This document shows, in pieces, positions 18,632 through 27,103 of a DNA stretch of 42,773 nt. Position 1 is the first letter of the stretch; each line of letters starts with the position of its first letter. Below the pieces are notes generated by a model. That model saw only the letters and a list, made by a program, of their open reading frames with translations, had not been told where the DNA came from and searched no databases. The stretch comes from a virus, in the UHGV virus genome UHGV-0328628; one strand, given 5' to 3'. The position numbers and the translations under genes were made by a program.

Positions 18632-19044
18632 TCTATCGCCTCCAACAGCTCCGGATTTTCGTAGATGTTGCCGATGATTTCATGCCAGTATGCCATATCG
18701 TATGATTCGCCAGTATTTCTATGCCCTAACCTGTAGTCAGTATTTTTTAATACAACTACAAAACCAGTCTCTTGTAGAAGGTATGTCACATAACCAATCT
18801 CTCCGCGGCCATTTTGTACCAAATCCCCTTCGTAAATCTCAACACCGTTTTTATCTTTCAGCCCTGTTGATTGCATGAAATTTAGGTTATCAAAATGGAT
18901 CTCCCATCGATCACCATCTTCCCGTCCTACATAGGCAATTTTTCTTTCAAAATCAATGGATATGATAATAACCATTATCTCGTGATATTTATCCCATGCT
19001 CTAAACTTCGGTATCATTGCCTTCCACCTCCAATTTCCGTCCAC
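18628..19044 (-). CDS. YopX-family protein
   Basis: IPKFRAWDK N-terminus and IGNIYENPELL C-terminal motif. Confidence 0.7.
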   Translation of the reverse strand: MDGNWRWKAMIPKFRAWDKYHEIMVIIISIDFERKIAYVGREDGDRWEIHFDNLNFMQSTGLKDKNGVEIYEGDLVQNGRGEIGYVTYLLQETGFVVVLKNTDYRLGHRNTGESYDMAYWHEIIGNIYENPELLEAIE

Positions 19045-19219
19045 ACATAGGGCAATAATTGATAGATGGAGCTGTCCAATCTGATTCGTACGAATCGTCG
19101 TATTCGACTTCTATACACCCTCCATCTTCGTGTAAATCAATCGTAATTGCGAAATTAGAGTTAGCTGTATCGTTTAACGGTTCTCCATGTTTGCAAAATT
19201 TACATTCTTTATTTCCCAT
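19001..19219 (-). CDS. Zinc-ribbon protein (CxxC...CxxC)
   Basis: CKFCKHG ... CPMCGRK. Confidence 0.45.
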   Translation of the reverse strand: MGNKECKFCKHGEPLNDTANSNFAITIDLHEDGGCIEVEYDDSYESDWTAPSINYCPMCGRKLEVEGNDTEV

Positions 19220-19444
19220 TCATAAACCTCCTCTATGGCTTCGAAATAATCGCTGCCTGTTCAATGAGCTATCGCAATGCTGTTTCCAGCATGCATTTCC
19301 ATGCCATTGACCACAATTATCTTTTAACCACTCTTTTTGCCGCTCTCGCTCATACTCTGAGTAAAACTTAATGTCTTTCCTGCAATAGCCATCAAGCTTA
19401 CAGATTCTACGCCAGCGCCTTTTCCCATTAGTTTTCTTAAACAT
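19220..19444 (-). CDS. Small basic protein, KRRWRR family (paralogue of 23023..23244)
   Basis: MFKKTNGKRRWRRI... shares the N-terminal motif with ORF 23023..23244. Confidence 0.5.
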   Translation of the reverse strand: MFKKTNGKRRWRRICKLDGYCRKDIKFYSEYERERQKEWLKDNCGQWHGNACWKQHCDSSLNRQRLFRSHRGGL

Positions 19445-19478
19445 AAATTCCTCCTTTATTGCTTCGGTTACCGGATCT

Positions 19479-19664
19479 TTAGTGATACAGCATATTTTGG
19501 CTGACTATGTTAATTTCAATTATCCTGAACAAGTTTCCTTCACTAGATAAATGATCTACGTAAAACGCACTTGCTTCTTTTCCCGTAGTAAAAGTTTCAG
19601 GAAATAGTTTCCATGGCTTGCCTACTCCTGCGCATGTCATGATTCCGTAGCAGTCTACATTCAT
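19479..19664 (-). CDS. Hypothetical small protein (start MNVDCYG)
   Basis: RBS AGAGGTGG 4 nt upstream of the internal ATG. Confidence 0.35.
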   Translation of the reverse strand: MNVDCYGIMTCAGVGKPWKLFPETFTTGKEASAFYVDHLSSEGNLFRIIEINIVSQNMLYH

Positions 19665-20047
19665 TCCGCCACCTCTTTCTTTCCCCATTCCGCGAAGGCT
19701 GCAAGGACTTGGAGAAACTCTATTTGTGTTAAACGATCTGAAATAATATCGGGCTCCACATCATCCTCAAAGTACCAATAAATTGCAGATTCAAAAGAGC
19801 ATCGTTCTTCCTTTTCCTCCTTCAACCAATCCAACACAATCTGCTGGTTTTCATTGAGTTCATACGGCAATATGTTTCTAAACATTTCAGTATTTTTTAT
19901 GATCCAATCTCTCAAATATGGATTGTCAATGTAGTAATGTCCGTTGTTAGTAAGCGTATCTGTCAATACAGACTCATACGATTTTCTTGTTAAATGATGC
20001 TTCTCTATCCAATTTCTGACAAACTCAATCGTGATATTCTCTTCCAT
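19661..20047 (-). CDS. Hypothetical protein (start MEENITIEF)
   Basis: RBS AGGTG before the internal ATG. Confidence 0.4.
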   Translation of the reverse strand: MEENITIEFVRNWIEKHHLTRKSYESVLTDTLTNNGHYYIDNPYLRDWIIKNTEMFRNILPYELNENQQIVLDWLKEEKEERCSFESAIYWYFEDDVEPDIISDRLTQIEFLQVLAAFAEWGKKEVAE

Positions 20048-20055
20048 TCTCACAC

Positions 20056-20586
20056 CTACACTTTCTCGACTGTGCCACATTCAATCAATGTAACAATCGC
20101 ATTCGCTTTATCTTCGCTATCAAATCTCATTACTTCGCCGCTTAAACCGTAGACGAGATGAGGCTGTAATTCATCGAAAAAGTCAACAAAGTACGCTGAC
20201 CCATTGTCTTCTATCTTAACCACCCACTTCCGCTCTTCATCGACCTCGTAGCCATCTATCCATGCCTTCATAAATTTTTCTGGATGTTTAACAAGCCAGT
20301 CAATCGCCTCTTCATTCTCGTTGAGTTTGTCTTTCCTAAAGTACCAATCTTTGAAGCAGATGAGCAGCGCCAATAAGTCGACGTCAGTAGAATTACGATA
20401 ATAGTCAAGTAATTCTCCAACGAATTTCGGCACTTTGACTGGAATCACTAATTCATCAATTAAGTCTATAAGTCGATCTGATGGAACAACGTCTACTACT
20501 GCTGTTCTGCCAAACATACTAATTTCTGTCATGTGTTGATTGAGTTCTATATGTTTCGTCAATTTTTTCTTATCTTGTTTATTCAT
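20056..20586 (-). CDS. Hypothetical protein
   Basis: 176 aa ORF in the early-region gene chain. Confidence 0.45.
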   Translation of the reverse strand: MNKQDKKKLTKHIELNQHMTEISMFGRTAVVDVVPSDRLIDLIDELVIPVKVPKFVGELLDYYRNSTDVDLLALLICFKDWYFRKDKLNENEEAIDWLVKHPEKFMKAWIDGYEVDEERKWVVKIEDNGSAYFVDFFDELQPHLVYGLSGEVMRFDSEDKANAIVTLIECGTVEKV

Positions 20587-20661
20587 AAATACCTCCTAAA
20601 TTTCTATTTGATCAAAAAGTTGATTAATGATCACATAGTTTTCTACTTGATAGGCTGATAG

Positions 20662-21420
20662 TTAGCTGCCGTTTTCAATTTCCATGATTGCTTTAAAGAT
20701 CGGATATACTTGTTGTGGTTGGACCGCATTCCCTAAAGCAATCAATCTATTTTTGTCCAATTCTCCGGATACCCCATCATCCACTCGACAAATGCCGGGT
20801 TCGGGTACTTTCCAATGTAGCTCTCGAAATTCTCGCCAAGACTTCCAGGAAGAACTTTGCCATGCTTGCCGTTCGCTTCTGAAGGTGCAAGCGGGCGAAT
20901 CCTCTTGTATGATTGACTGGCTGTCGGTGTTGCAAGCAACGATAAAGAACCTTTGCCTTTTGTGGATGGCCCCGATATCACTAGCTGCAACACTGAAAAC
21001 CCAAACTTCGTAGCCTTCTTTTTCCAAGTCACTAACGGTTGTTTCGAGTCCACGGTTAAGAATTCCTGGTACATTCTCGCCGACAACCCAACGAGGTTGA
21101 ATTTCTTTGACGAGCCTTGCGAACTCATGCCACAAGTAGCGATCGTCGTTTTCAGCCTTTCCTTTTCCTGCAAGTGAGAAAGGCTGACAAGGAAATCCTC
21201 CGTGAATAATTCCAATTGTTCTTGCATCTATCCCACTACTTTCTAACAACTGAATATCTAACTGTTTCACATCTTCAAACTGCGGCACATGCGGCCAATG
21301 CTTTTTCAATACTTTTTTTGGAAAATCTGCGTTCTCACAAAAGGCGACAGTTTTAATTCCTGCCCATTCTGCTGCTAAGTCTAATCCGCCGATCCCCGAA
21401 AAGAGAGACAATGCTTTCAC
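20662..21420 (-). CDS. DNA (cytosine-5) methyltransferase, apparently frame-disrupted (motifs I, IV, VI, VIII and X in this frame; motif IX-like segment in the +1 frame, ORF 20742..21227)
   Basis: FSGIGG (I), PCQ (IV), ENV (VI), HKRQRFFIVA (VIII), LGNAV (X); the overlapping frame encodes FVEWMMGYPENWT resembling motif IX (RECARVMGYPD). Confidence 0.6.
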   Translation of the reverse strand: MKALSLFSGIGGLDLAAEWAGIKTVAFCENADFPKKVLKKHWPHVPQFEDVKQLDIQLLESSGIDARTIGIIHGGFPCQPFSLAGKGKAENDDRYLWHEFARLVKEIQPRWVVGENVPGILNRGLETTVSDLEKEGYEVWVFSVAASDIGAIHKRQRFFIVACNTDSQSIIQEDSPACTFRSERQAWQSSSWKSWREFRELHWKVPEPGICRVDDGVSGELDKNRLIALGNAVQPQQVYPIFKAIMEIENGS

Positions 21421-21462
21421 CGTATCCCTCCTTTTCCTACATGATTGGTGTGGTTACCGGAA

Positions 21463-21897
21463 CTATTTTTCAGTCATAAAACTATCGTGCTCCAACAACT
21501 CAGCATTCTCAAAAATATTCCCGACCACTTCTAATCTCTTTCTGTTACAAAAAGCATCCATTTCGTAAATATGTTTCCCTCGGATACGATATGCACCATT
21601 TTGTTGCTGAAATACTTCTGCATAATCGTTATGGTATACGTCACCGTAATTAATTGATTTTTGTGTGTGGATCACAATATCGCCCACAAATATTTCTGTG
21701 CCATTTTTATCTTTAAAACCTGTTGACTGCATGAGAATGACTTCATCACCTAAAAATTTCTCATGCCAACATCCGTCAGATACCCTGATGCCACCTTGCA
21801 AGAACTCCAATGTGTCAATGTGTGTTATCACTTCATCTTGTATCCACCAAGCTCTAAACTTCGGTATCATTCGCCGTCCTCCTGTTCTTTTGGCCAC
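21463..21897 (-). CDS. YopX-family protein (second paralogue)
   Basis: IPKFRAWW ... VVGNIFENAELL. Confidence 0.7.
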   Translation of the reverse strand: MAKRTGGRRMIPKFRAWWIQDEVITHIDTLEFLQGGIRVSDGCWHEKFLGDEVILMQSTGFKDKNGTEIFVGDIVIHTQKSINYGDVYHNDYAEVFQQQNGAYRIRGKHIYEMDAFCNRKRLEVVGNIFENAELLEHDSFMTEK

Positions 21898-22031
21898 ACA
21901 CGAATAGAAATCAATTGCTTGCAGCCTTGTAGTATCCGTGCAGACTCTTCTACCTCTTCTTGATTATTCGCATGCAGATAACAGGTTTTTATGCGATCAT
22001 TATGTGCAATGTCTTCCACGAGCTATGACTT

Positions 22032-22241
22032 TCATTCGCCGTCCTCCTTGGAATGTGTATTTTGAAAATAATCCACAGCTAGTTGTGTTTGAAGTTCATC
22101 CAAATCCAAATAGACTTTGTTTATAAGTGTCTGTGTGAGATTGTTTTCAACTAAGTATTCGTCTATTTTTTTCAACAACTCGCGAATTTGTTTATATCGC
22201 AAGCGATTCTCACATTGTTTAATAAAACGTTTATCGTCCAA
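22032..22241 (-). CDS. Hypothetical small protein
   Basis: 69 aa ORF. Confidence 0.3.
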   Translation of the reverse strand: MDDKRFIKQCENRLRYKQIRELLKKIDEYLVENNLTQTLINKVYLDLDELQTQLAVDYFQNTHSKEDGE

Positions 22242-22273
22242 GTTAAACCTCCTTGATTGTTGTCGTTAGTGGA

Positions 22274-22726
22274 CTAAATACTACCTGTTTGAAAACCATA
22301 ATGTGCAGTTTCAACGCCGTCATAATCACTTATTTCCCACTCAGCCCCATCGGGTATATCAACGACTTTAAGACTTGCATATGGTCCACTGGCCTCACTT
22401 CCTAGTTTTTCGACAACAGCAACGAGGTCCTTATCACCTCTGTTTGAATCACTTGAAAAACTGGAATCATCAGCAATTCCGTACAGTCGGTCAATTTCGC
22501 TATAAATTCCTGTAACTTTGTCAATTTTCGGGTCTTTTTTGAAATAGTAGATAAAATCCATCGAACCTAGCTTTTGGCCTGTGTGTCTCGTGTATTCATC
22601 ATCTGAGTCATAGCTAAAGTTATTGATGTATGGGAATACTTCAATATTTTTTCTTTTAAAAATTTCCATTTTTGCTTCATGGCTCAACCCAAAGCCACCA
22701 AAACATTTATTTAATACAATCTTCAT
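22274..22726 (-). CDS. Hypothetical protein
   Basis: 150 aa ORF. Confidence 0.4.
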   Translation of the reverse strand: MKIVLNKCFGGFGLSHEAKMEIFKRKNIEVFPYINNFSYDSDDEYTRHTGQKLGSMDFIYYFKKDPKIDKVTGIYSEIDRLYGIADDSSFSSDSNRGDKDLVAVVEKLGSEASGPYASLKVVDIPDGAEWEISDYDGVETAHYGFQTGSI

Positions 22727-22760
22727 TACTTTTCCTCCTTTGTTTCCTCCAATTGCTGAA

Positions 22761-22973
22761 CTATTTTGTCCGATTGATAAACTCTGCTACTGTGTCTCTC
22801 ACTTGCAAATTTGCTAATAGTTCATCTAAATTCCAATCCTCCATGTAACTATTTTCAGACTTTGACATCTTAATATGAGCGATTTCGTAATAACCGTCAT
22901 CGTGATCATAAGAAGCCGGACACCATACAAGAATTCTGATACGATCTCTGTACTTATCTAGTTTAATATCCAT
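22761..22973 (-). CDS. Hypothetical small protein
   Basis: 70 aa ORF. Confidence 0.3.
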   Translation of the reverse strand: MDIKLDKYRDRIRILVWCPASYDHDDGYYEIAHIKMSKSENSYMEDWNLDELLANLQVRDTVAEFINRTK

Positions 22974-23022
22974 TTCTAATCCTCCTTAATCGCTCCAGCT
23001 TCGGTTGTAGAGCTTGCTTTTT

Positions 23023-23244
23023 TTAAATCTTGTCAACGAATAACCGCCAATTGTTCATTTCATTGATACTATTTTGACGCCAATCTGTGTTATGTCTCCA
23101 CACTTGATCTGGATATGTTAGATGGAAATCTTCACGGATTTCCCGATCAAACTCAGCATACCAACGAATGTCTTTACGTTGGTGTTTACCTTCAAGCCAC
23201 AAAATTCGCCGCCATCTCCGTTTACCATTCTGTTTTTTAAACAA
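23023..23244 (-). CDS. Small basic protein, KRRWRR family (paralogue of 19220..19444)
   Basis: MFKKQNGKRRWRRI...RKDI..Y.E..RE shared with the paralogue. Confidence 0.5.
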   Translation of the reverse strand: MFKKQNGKRRWRRILWLEGKHQRKDIRWYAEFDREIREDFHLTYPDQVWRHNTDWRQNSINEMNNWRLFVDKI

Positions 23245-23344
23245 AATATTACCTCCTTATTTCTACGCGATAGCTCCAGTTAACATAGCTTTCTGAGACC
23301 GAAAAATACAAGGTTCACTGCAATCGTTCAAGCAGCAAACCTTG

Positions 23345-23611
23345 CTACTCAATTTCCTGTACTTCACATTTTCTAACAATCACTCGATGGCCTAAATTTC
23401 TCAATATCGCCCCGTCGGCTTCGTGCCAATTCACAATTTCAAAACAAGCAGTATGTTTATACTCGTTAATCAATCTTCCAACGACCGAATAGATGCATTT
23501 GCTGTAATCCAGTTTGTAGTATTTCTTTGGACTTAACTGCGGGCGCCTTGGCGATAACGTGTTGTTCGACGCGAGAAACTTGCCAAATTTTTTATTGTTT
23601 GTTGTATTCAT
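23345..23611 (-). CDS. Hypothetical protein
   Basis: 88 aa ORF. Confidence 0.35.
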   Translation of the reverse strand: MNTTNNKKFGKFLASNNTLSPRRPQLSPKKYYKLDYSKCIYSVVGRLINEYKHTACFEIVNWHEADGAILRNLGHRVIVRKCEVQEIE

Positions 23612-23640
23612 TAGGTTCTCCTATCGCGTTTGAAATATTT

Positions 23641-23991
23641 TTATTTCTTATTTACAATCCGCAAAGCGTCCTCCACAGATCTTGCTACCCCATACAATAC
23701 AGGCTGCTCTTTTAAAAAATCTCCGAATCGTATTTGATCTGGTCGAAGCTTGCCTTTTTCGTTTTTGACTTCGATCAGAAAGAACTTACCTTCTTTTGTC
23801 CAACCGAACAAATCTGGCCAACCATTTGGTAGTCCCGTATCGAACCATCGTCCATCGATTGTTTTGACTTTTCCGACATTGCCGCGATAAACAAAATGTC
23901 CATACTTAGGTAGTTCTCTGCGAATTGCGTTTTGAATATCTATCTCTGCTGTCATGCATGCCTCCTTCAATTTCTGGACAGTTGCCCTCAA
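23641..23991 (-). CDS. VRR-NUC domain nuclease
   Basis: GWPDL ... FFLIEVKNEKGKLRPDQ motif. Confidence 0.65.
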   Translation of the reverse strand: MRATVQKLKEACMTAEIDIQNAIRRELPKYGHFVYRGNVGKVKTIDGRWFDTGLPNGWPDLFGWTKEGKFFLIEVKNEKGKLRPDQIRFGDFLKEQPVLYGVARSVEDALRIVNKK

Positions 23992-24233
23992 AATCTGGAC
24001 AGTTTGATTTCTAAAAACCTTTCTATATCAACGTTTTTTAAACTATCTGGACAGTTGGACAGTTTTTTCAGGTCGCTACTGTATTTATATATATTCTTAT
24101 TTTTTTAAATATTTACTCTTACTATATATAAACTGTCCAACTGTCCAACAACTGTCTAGAAACACTTTCATATCAACGATAATTTGAGTTGGACAGTTTG
24201 GGTTAAACTGTCCATAACTATCCAAACTGTCCA
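23974..24233. repeat. Phage replication origin: at least nine TGGACAGTT iterons in both orientations flanking a 65-bp AT-rich unwinding element, immediately 3' of the primase gene
   Basis: Direct copies at 23974, 23995, 24047 and 24056; AT-rich 24064-24130; inverted copies AACTGTCCA at 24131, 24140, 24205 and 24225, with degenerate copies. Confidence 0.7.
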
Positions 24234-24238
24234 GAATT

Positions 24239-26575
24239 TTATAGACCTGGAACATTAACTGAGAATTCTCGATAAGCTTTTTTGAGTCCGATACCCAAAT
24301 ATCTAACTTTGCCTTTTTTCTCTTTAGTAAATTTATCCGAAACTTTTTTTCCAAACTGTGTTTGAGTAAATCCATGTTCATTCATTTCTTTCGCCCACTT
24401 GTCATAGGCTTTGAACAACTCTGTCGCACCGATTGAATAACCCGGTCCCGTTTCGCAACATTGCTCAATAAAACTTCCGATAACATCCATTTCCTGCCGA
24501 TATTCCATTGTAGCTTTCTGGATGTCAGCCGGAGGATTAAGACCCTCTCTCTGCCATGCAAGACATCCCTCGACCGCCCAGTTCATGATACCGGGTAACT
24601 CACGCATTAGTTTTTCTTTTAACGTTTTGTCAACCTTATCAAGTGGAATCTGTACGGTAAATGGAATTAGAGGCAATCGCCGCCAAATGCCGTCGTCATT
24701 CCCTCGAATGATGGGTTTGTGGTTGGTAGCCAGCCAAATCTTATATTTCGGTTTGTAGTCAAACATGTGACCACCTTTAAAACTGGCTGAAACTTTATCG
24801 CCACCAGTTAGCTGTTTGATCAGTCCCTCATCTAACCGGACACCTTCGTTTGGTTCACTACTGGTGACTAGGCGAGCACCATCTAAGCGGGCAATATCTT
24901 CATTGTGTCCGCTACTGCCGCCCTGCTTTACCATTAAACTCGACGCTTGCATTCCCATTGCGTAGCTTCCCATAATTTCTGCGATAATATCCAAAAAGAC
25001 AGATTTACCATTTCGACCATTTCCAAATAGAATAAACATCACTTGCTCTTTAACTGATGCAGTCATTGAATAGCCGACTGCTTTTTGAATGTAGCGGATT
25101 AACTCTGTATTCCCATCAAATATTTGATTTAGAAATAGTTCCCAACGTGCACAATCTATCTTATCTGTATACTCAGTATTGGAAATTCTTGTAAACATTT
25201 TAGAGATATCGTGATCGTTTAGAATTCCGTTTGACAAATCCAGATATCCGTTTTGAGTATTGAAAAGCATATCATCGCTATCAAACTCTTCAGGCAACGC
25301 TGCCACATTATGTTTAAGTTCTCTCGTCATCGCCTCTTTGCCAGCATTGTTTCGAGATCGCTTAACGTGTTTTGCTTTAGCCTCCATATAAGCTTTCTTT
25401 TCATCTTCTGTGGCATCTTTCGGGACCGATACGGATTCGTTTTTTAAAACTTCAATCGATTGATCAACCCATTTTCGAACAGCTCCAATATTGTCTTGTT
25501 CCCAATTTTTTCCATTGTAGAAATACCAGCACTTATTGACATAACTGTACTTCGTCAACGATCCAAATAGGTCAAGATATCTTTCGGCGTTTCCAGTATC
25601 ATCATAAGAGTAAAATCTTTTTGGACTTTCTCTGTCTTCGGTAGTAATTCCAGGAATTGATAGAAAGTAATCATCAGCCGTTTTTTTGCCAGTATAATGA
25701 TTTGTGTTTTCTGATATTGCTTTATTTAAAATTCCAATGCCATAAGTTGTCTTGCCACGTTTTTGATCATACTTTTCTCGCATCATTGCAGACATACGGA
25801 AAATTTCATCCATCTTTTGGAAATCACCAGCAGTCCAGAACGCAAGATCATTCGCAAAAGCTAAATCTGCTTCCGACTGACTCGAATAAACCTTTTGCCA
25901 TCCGCCATCCATGAACAGCTTGAATCGATGCCCTGTAGATGAACTAAGTGCAGTTTGAACAATTTCATTAACAGACAAATCGTTACCATCATTCCAACTC
26001 GTTTTAGAAAAATCGTGATTAATTACATTATCATTTTCTAAGTACCGCTTATACAAGAAATCCATCTGCGTTTTTGGAATTTCGTTTACTTCATTGTTAT
26101 TCCCAAAGAAGTTACCAGTAATAGCAAAAAAGCGGCCATCCGTGTACATCTCTACATTTCTTTTTCTTCTTCTATTACCGGGAATTTTTGCCTTCCCGAT
26201 AATGTGAATCCCTTTTCCTGACATTGAGATTTCTGAGTATGTCTTAGTAGAATTCATAAAAACATAGACTAAATTGTTTTCAATATCACCTTGTAGGTAT
26301 CTTTCTAAGTCCTCGGGAATATCATCTAAATCAATCCCAATGTACGGAGGTTTGAAATAGAACGCCAATCCGTCTGCTTTAAATTTATCAATAGCAGCAA
26401 GGGCGGTCTGAAAATCAGACCAAGTACCCTCGTTTGTGCTACTGCCAAGTTTTCCATTGAACGGATCATGCGGTTTTTTCTTCCATTTTTGCTTATCCTC
26501 GTCCCACTCACGCTTGTAAATCCCCCACTGATTTAATTCACGGAGTTCTGAGGGAATGCGTTCGTAATTGTTCAT
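24239..26575 (-). CDS. Bifunctional primase-polymerase (PrimPol) / D5-like SF3 helicase replication protein
   Basis: N-terminal prim-pol region (SGKGIHI); central D5_N-like; C-terminal P-loop NTPase GNGRNGKSVF. Confidence 0.85.
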   Translation of the reverse strand: MNNYERIPSELRELNQWGIYKREWDEDKQKWKKKPHDPFNGKLGSSTNEGTWSDFQTALAAIDKFKADGLAFYFKPPYIGIDLDDIPEDLERYLQGDIENNLVYVFMNSTKTYSEISMSGKGIHIIGKAKIPGNRRRKRNVEMYTDGRFFAITGNFFGNNNEVNEIPKTQMDFLYKRYLENDNVINHDFSKTSWNDGNDLSVNEIVQTALSSSTGHRFKLFMDGGWQKVYSSQSEADLAFANDLAFWTAGDFQKMDEIFRMSAMMREKYDQKRGKTTYGIGILNKAISENTNHYTGKKTADDYFLSIPGITTEDRESPKRFYSYDDTGNAERYLDLFGSLTKYSYVNKCWYFYNGKNWEQDNIGAVRKWVDQSIEVLKNESVSVPKDATEDEKKAYMEAKAKHVKRSRNNAGKEAMTRELKHNVAALPEEFDSDDMLFNTQNGYLDLSNGILNDHDISKMFTRISNTEYTDKIDCARWELFLNQIFDGNTELIRYIQKAVGYSMTASVKEQVMFILFGNGRNGKSVFLDIIAEIMGSYAMGMQASSLMVKQGGSSGHNEDIARLDGARLVTSSEPNEGVRLDEGLIKQLTGGDKVSASFKGGHMFDYKPKYKIWLATNHKPIIRGNDDGIWRRLPLIPFTVQIPLDKVDKTLKEKLMRELPGIMNWAVEGCLAWQREGLNPPADIQKATMEYRQEMDVIGSFIEQCCETGPGYSIGATELFKAYDKWAKEMNEHGFTQTQFGKKVSDKFTKEKKGKVRYLGIGLKKAYREFSVNVPGL

Positions 26576-27087
26576 TAGAACGGAAGATCATCCTCAGTGA
26601 CGTTGATTGACGATCCGTTGTCGCGTCCAAAATCTGTTTGTGAGGATTCTTTTTTCTTCCATTGGTGCTGCAGGTCTGGAAAATCGCTAGCTCCGAATTT
26701 TTTAATGTTCGTATTATCATACGTTTTTCCGTTATATTCTGATTGCTCGTTTTTCACTCGAACCTTAGCGGTACGAAGAGCAAAATCTTCTAAAAATTTA
26801 TCAAATGAATCATAGTTTTTTCCATCAGGTAAACCAAAGTTTTTCGCTAGAGCCATTACAGCCCCTCGATTGTATTTACCAGTTTCTTTCGCTTTCCATA
26901 CTTTATGGAAAAGGTGGCTATTCTTATACTTTTGATCAATATCATTACGGATTACCATATCAAAATTAATATTTTCTGCTCCGCTTTTCGTTGCTTCTTC
27001 AGTGACATTGAAAATCACTACTTCATAATCTCCATCTGCTACGTTCCCTAATTCTTGTGCTTCGTTATAATCTACTTTAAATCCCAT
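26575..27087 (-). CDS. SSB-like protein (DUF669 type) with acidic C-terminal tail ...EDDLPF
   Basis: C-terminal DDLPF resembles the SSB protein-interaction tail; position next to the Sak4-like ATPase and helicase. Confidence 0.55.
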   Translation of the reverse strand: MGFKVDYNEAQELGNVADGDYEVVIFNVTEEATKSGAENINFDMVIRNDIDQKYKNSHLFHKVWKAKETGKYNRGAVMALAKNFGLPDGKNYDSFDKFLEDFALRTAKVRVKNEQSEYNGKTYDNTNIKKFGASDFPDLQHQWKKKESSQTDFGRDNGSSINVTEDDLPF

Positions 27088-27103
27088 TTTTTATACCTCT
27101 TTC

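Noticed and set aside
20742-21227. 161-aa ORF as an independent gene overlapping the methyltransferase
   Set aside because: Its N-terminal two thirds overlap MTase motifs IV-VIII in the real frame; only its C-terminal part (the motif IX-like segment) looks genuine and is best explained as part of the MTase in a shifted frame
23974-24233. Repeat array considered as a CRISPR array
   Set aside because: Repeats are 9 bp, irregularly spaced and in both orientations around an AT-rich core, which is an iteron origin rather than a CRISPR array
24097-24381. 94-aa minus ORF overlapping the primase 3' end and the iteron region
   Set aside because: Overlaps the iteron/AT-rich origin and the end of a strongly supported gene; no RBS; composition driven by the repeats
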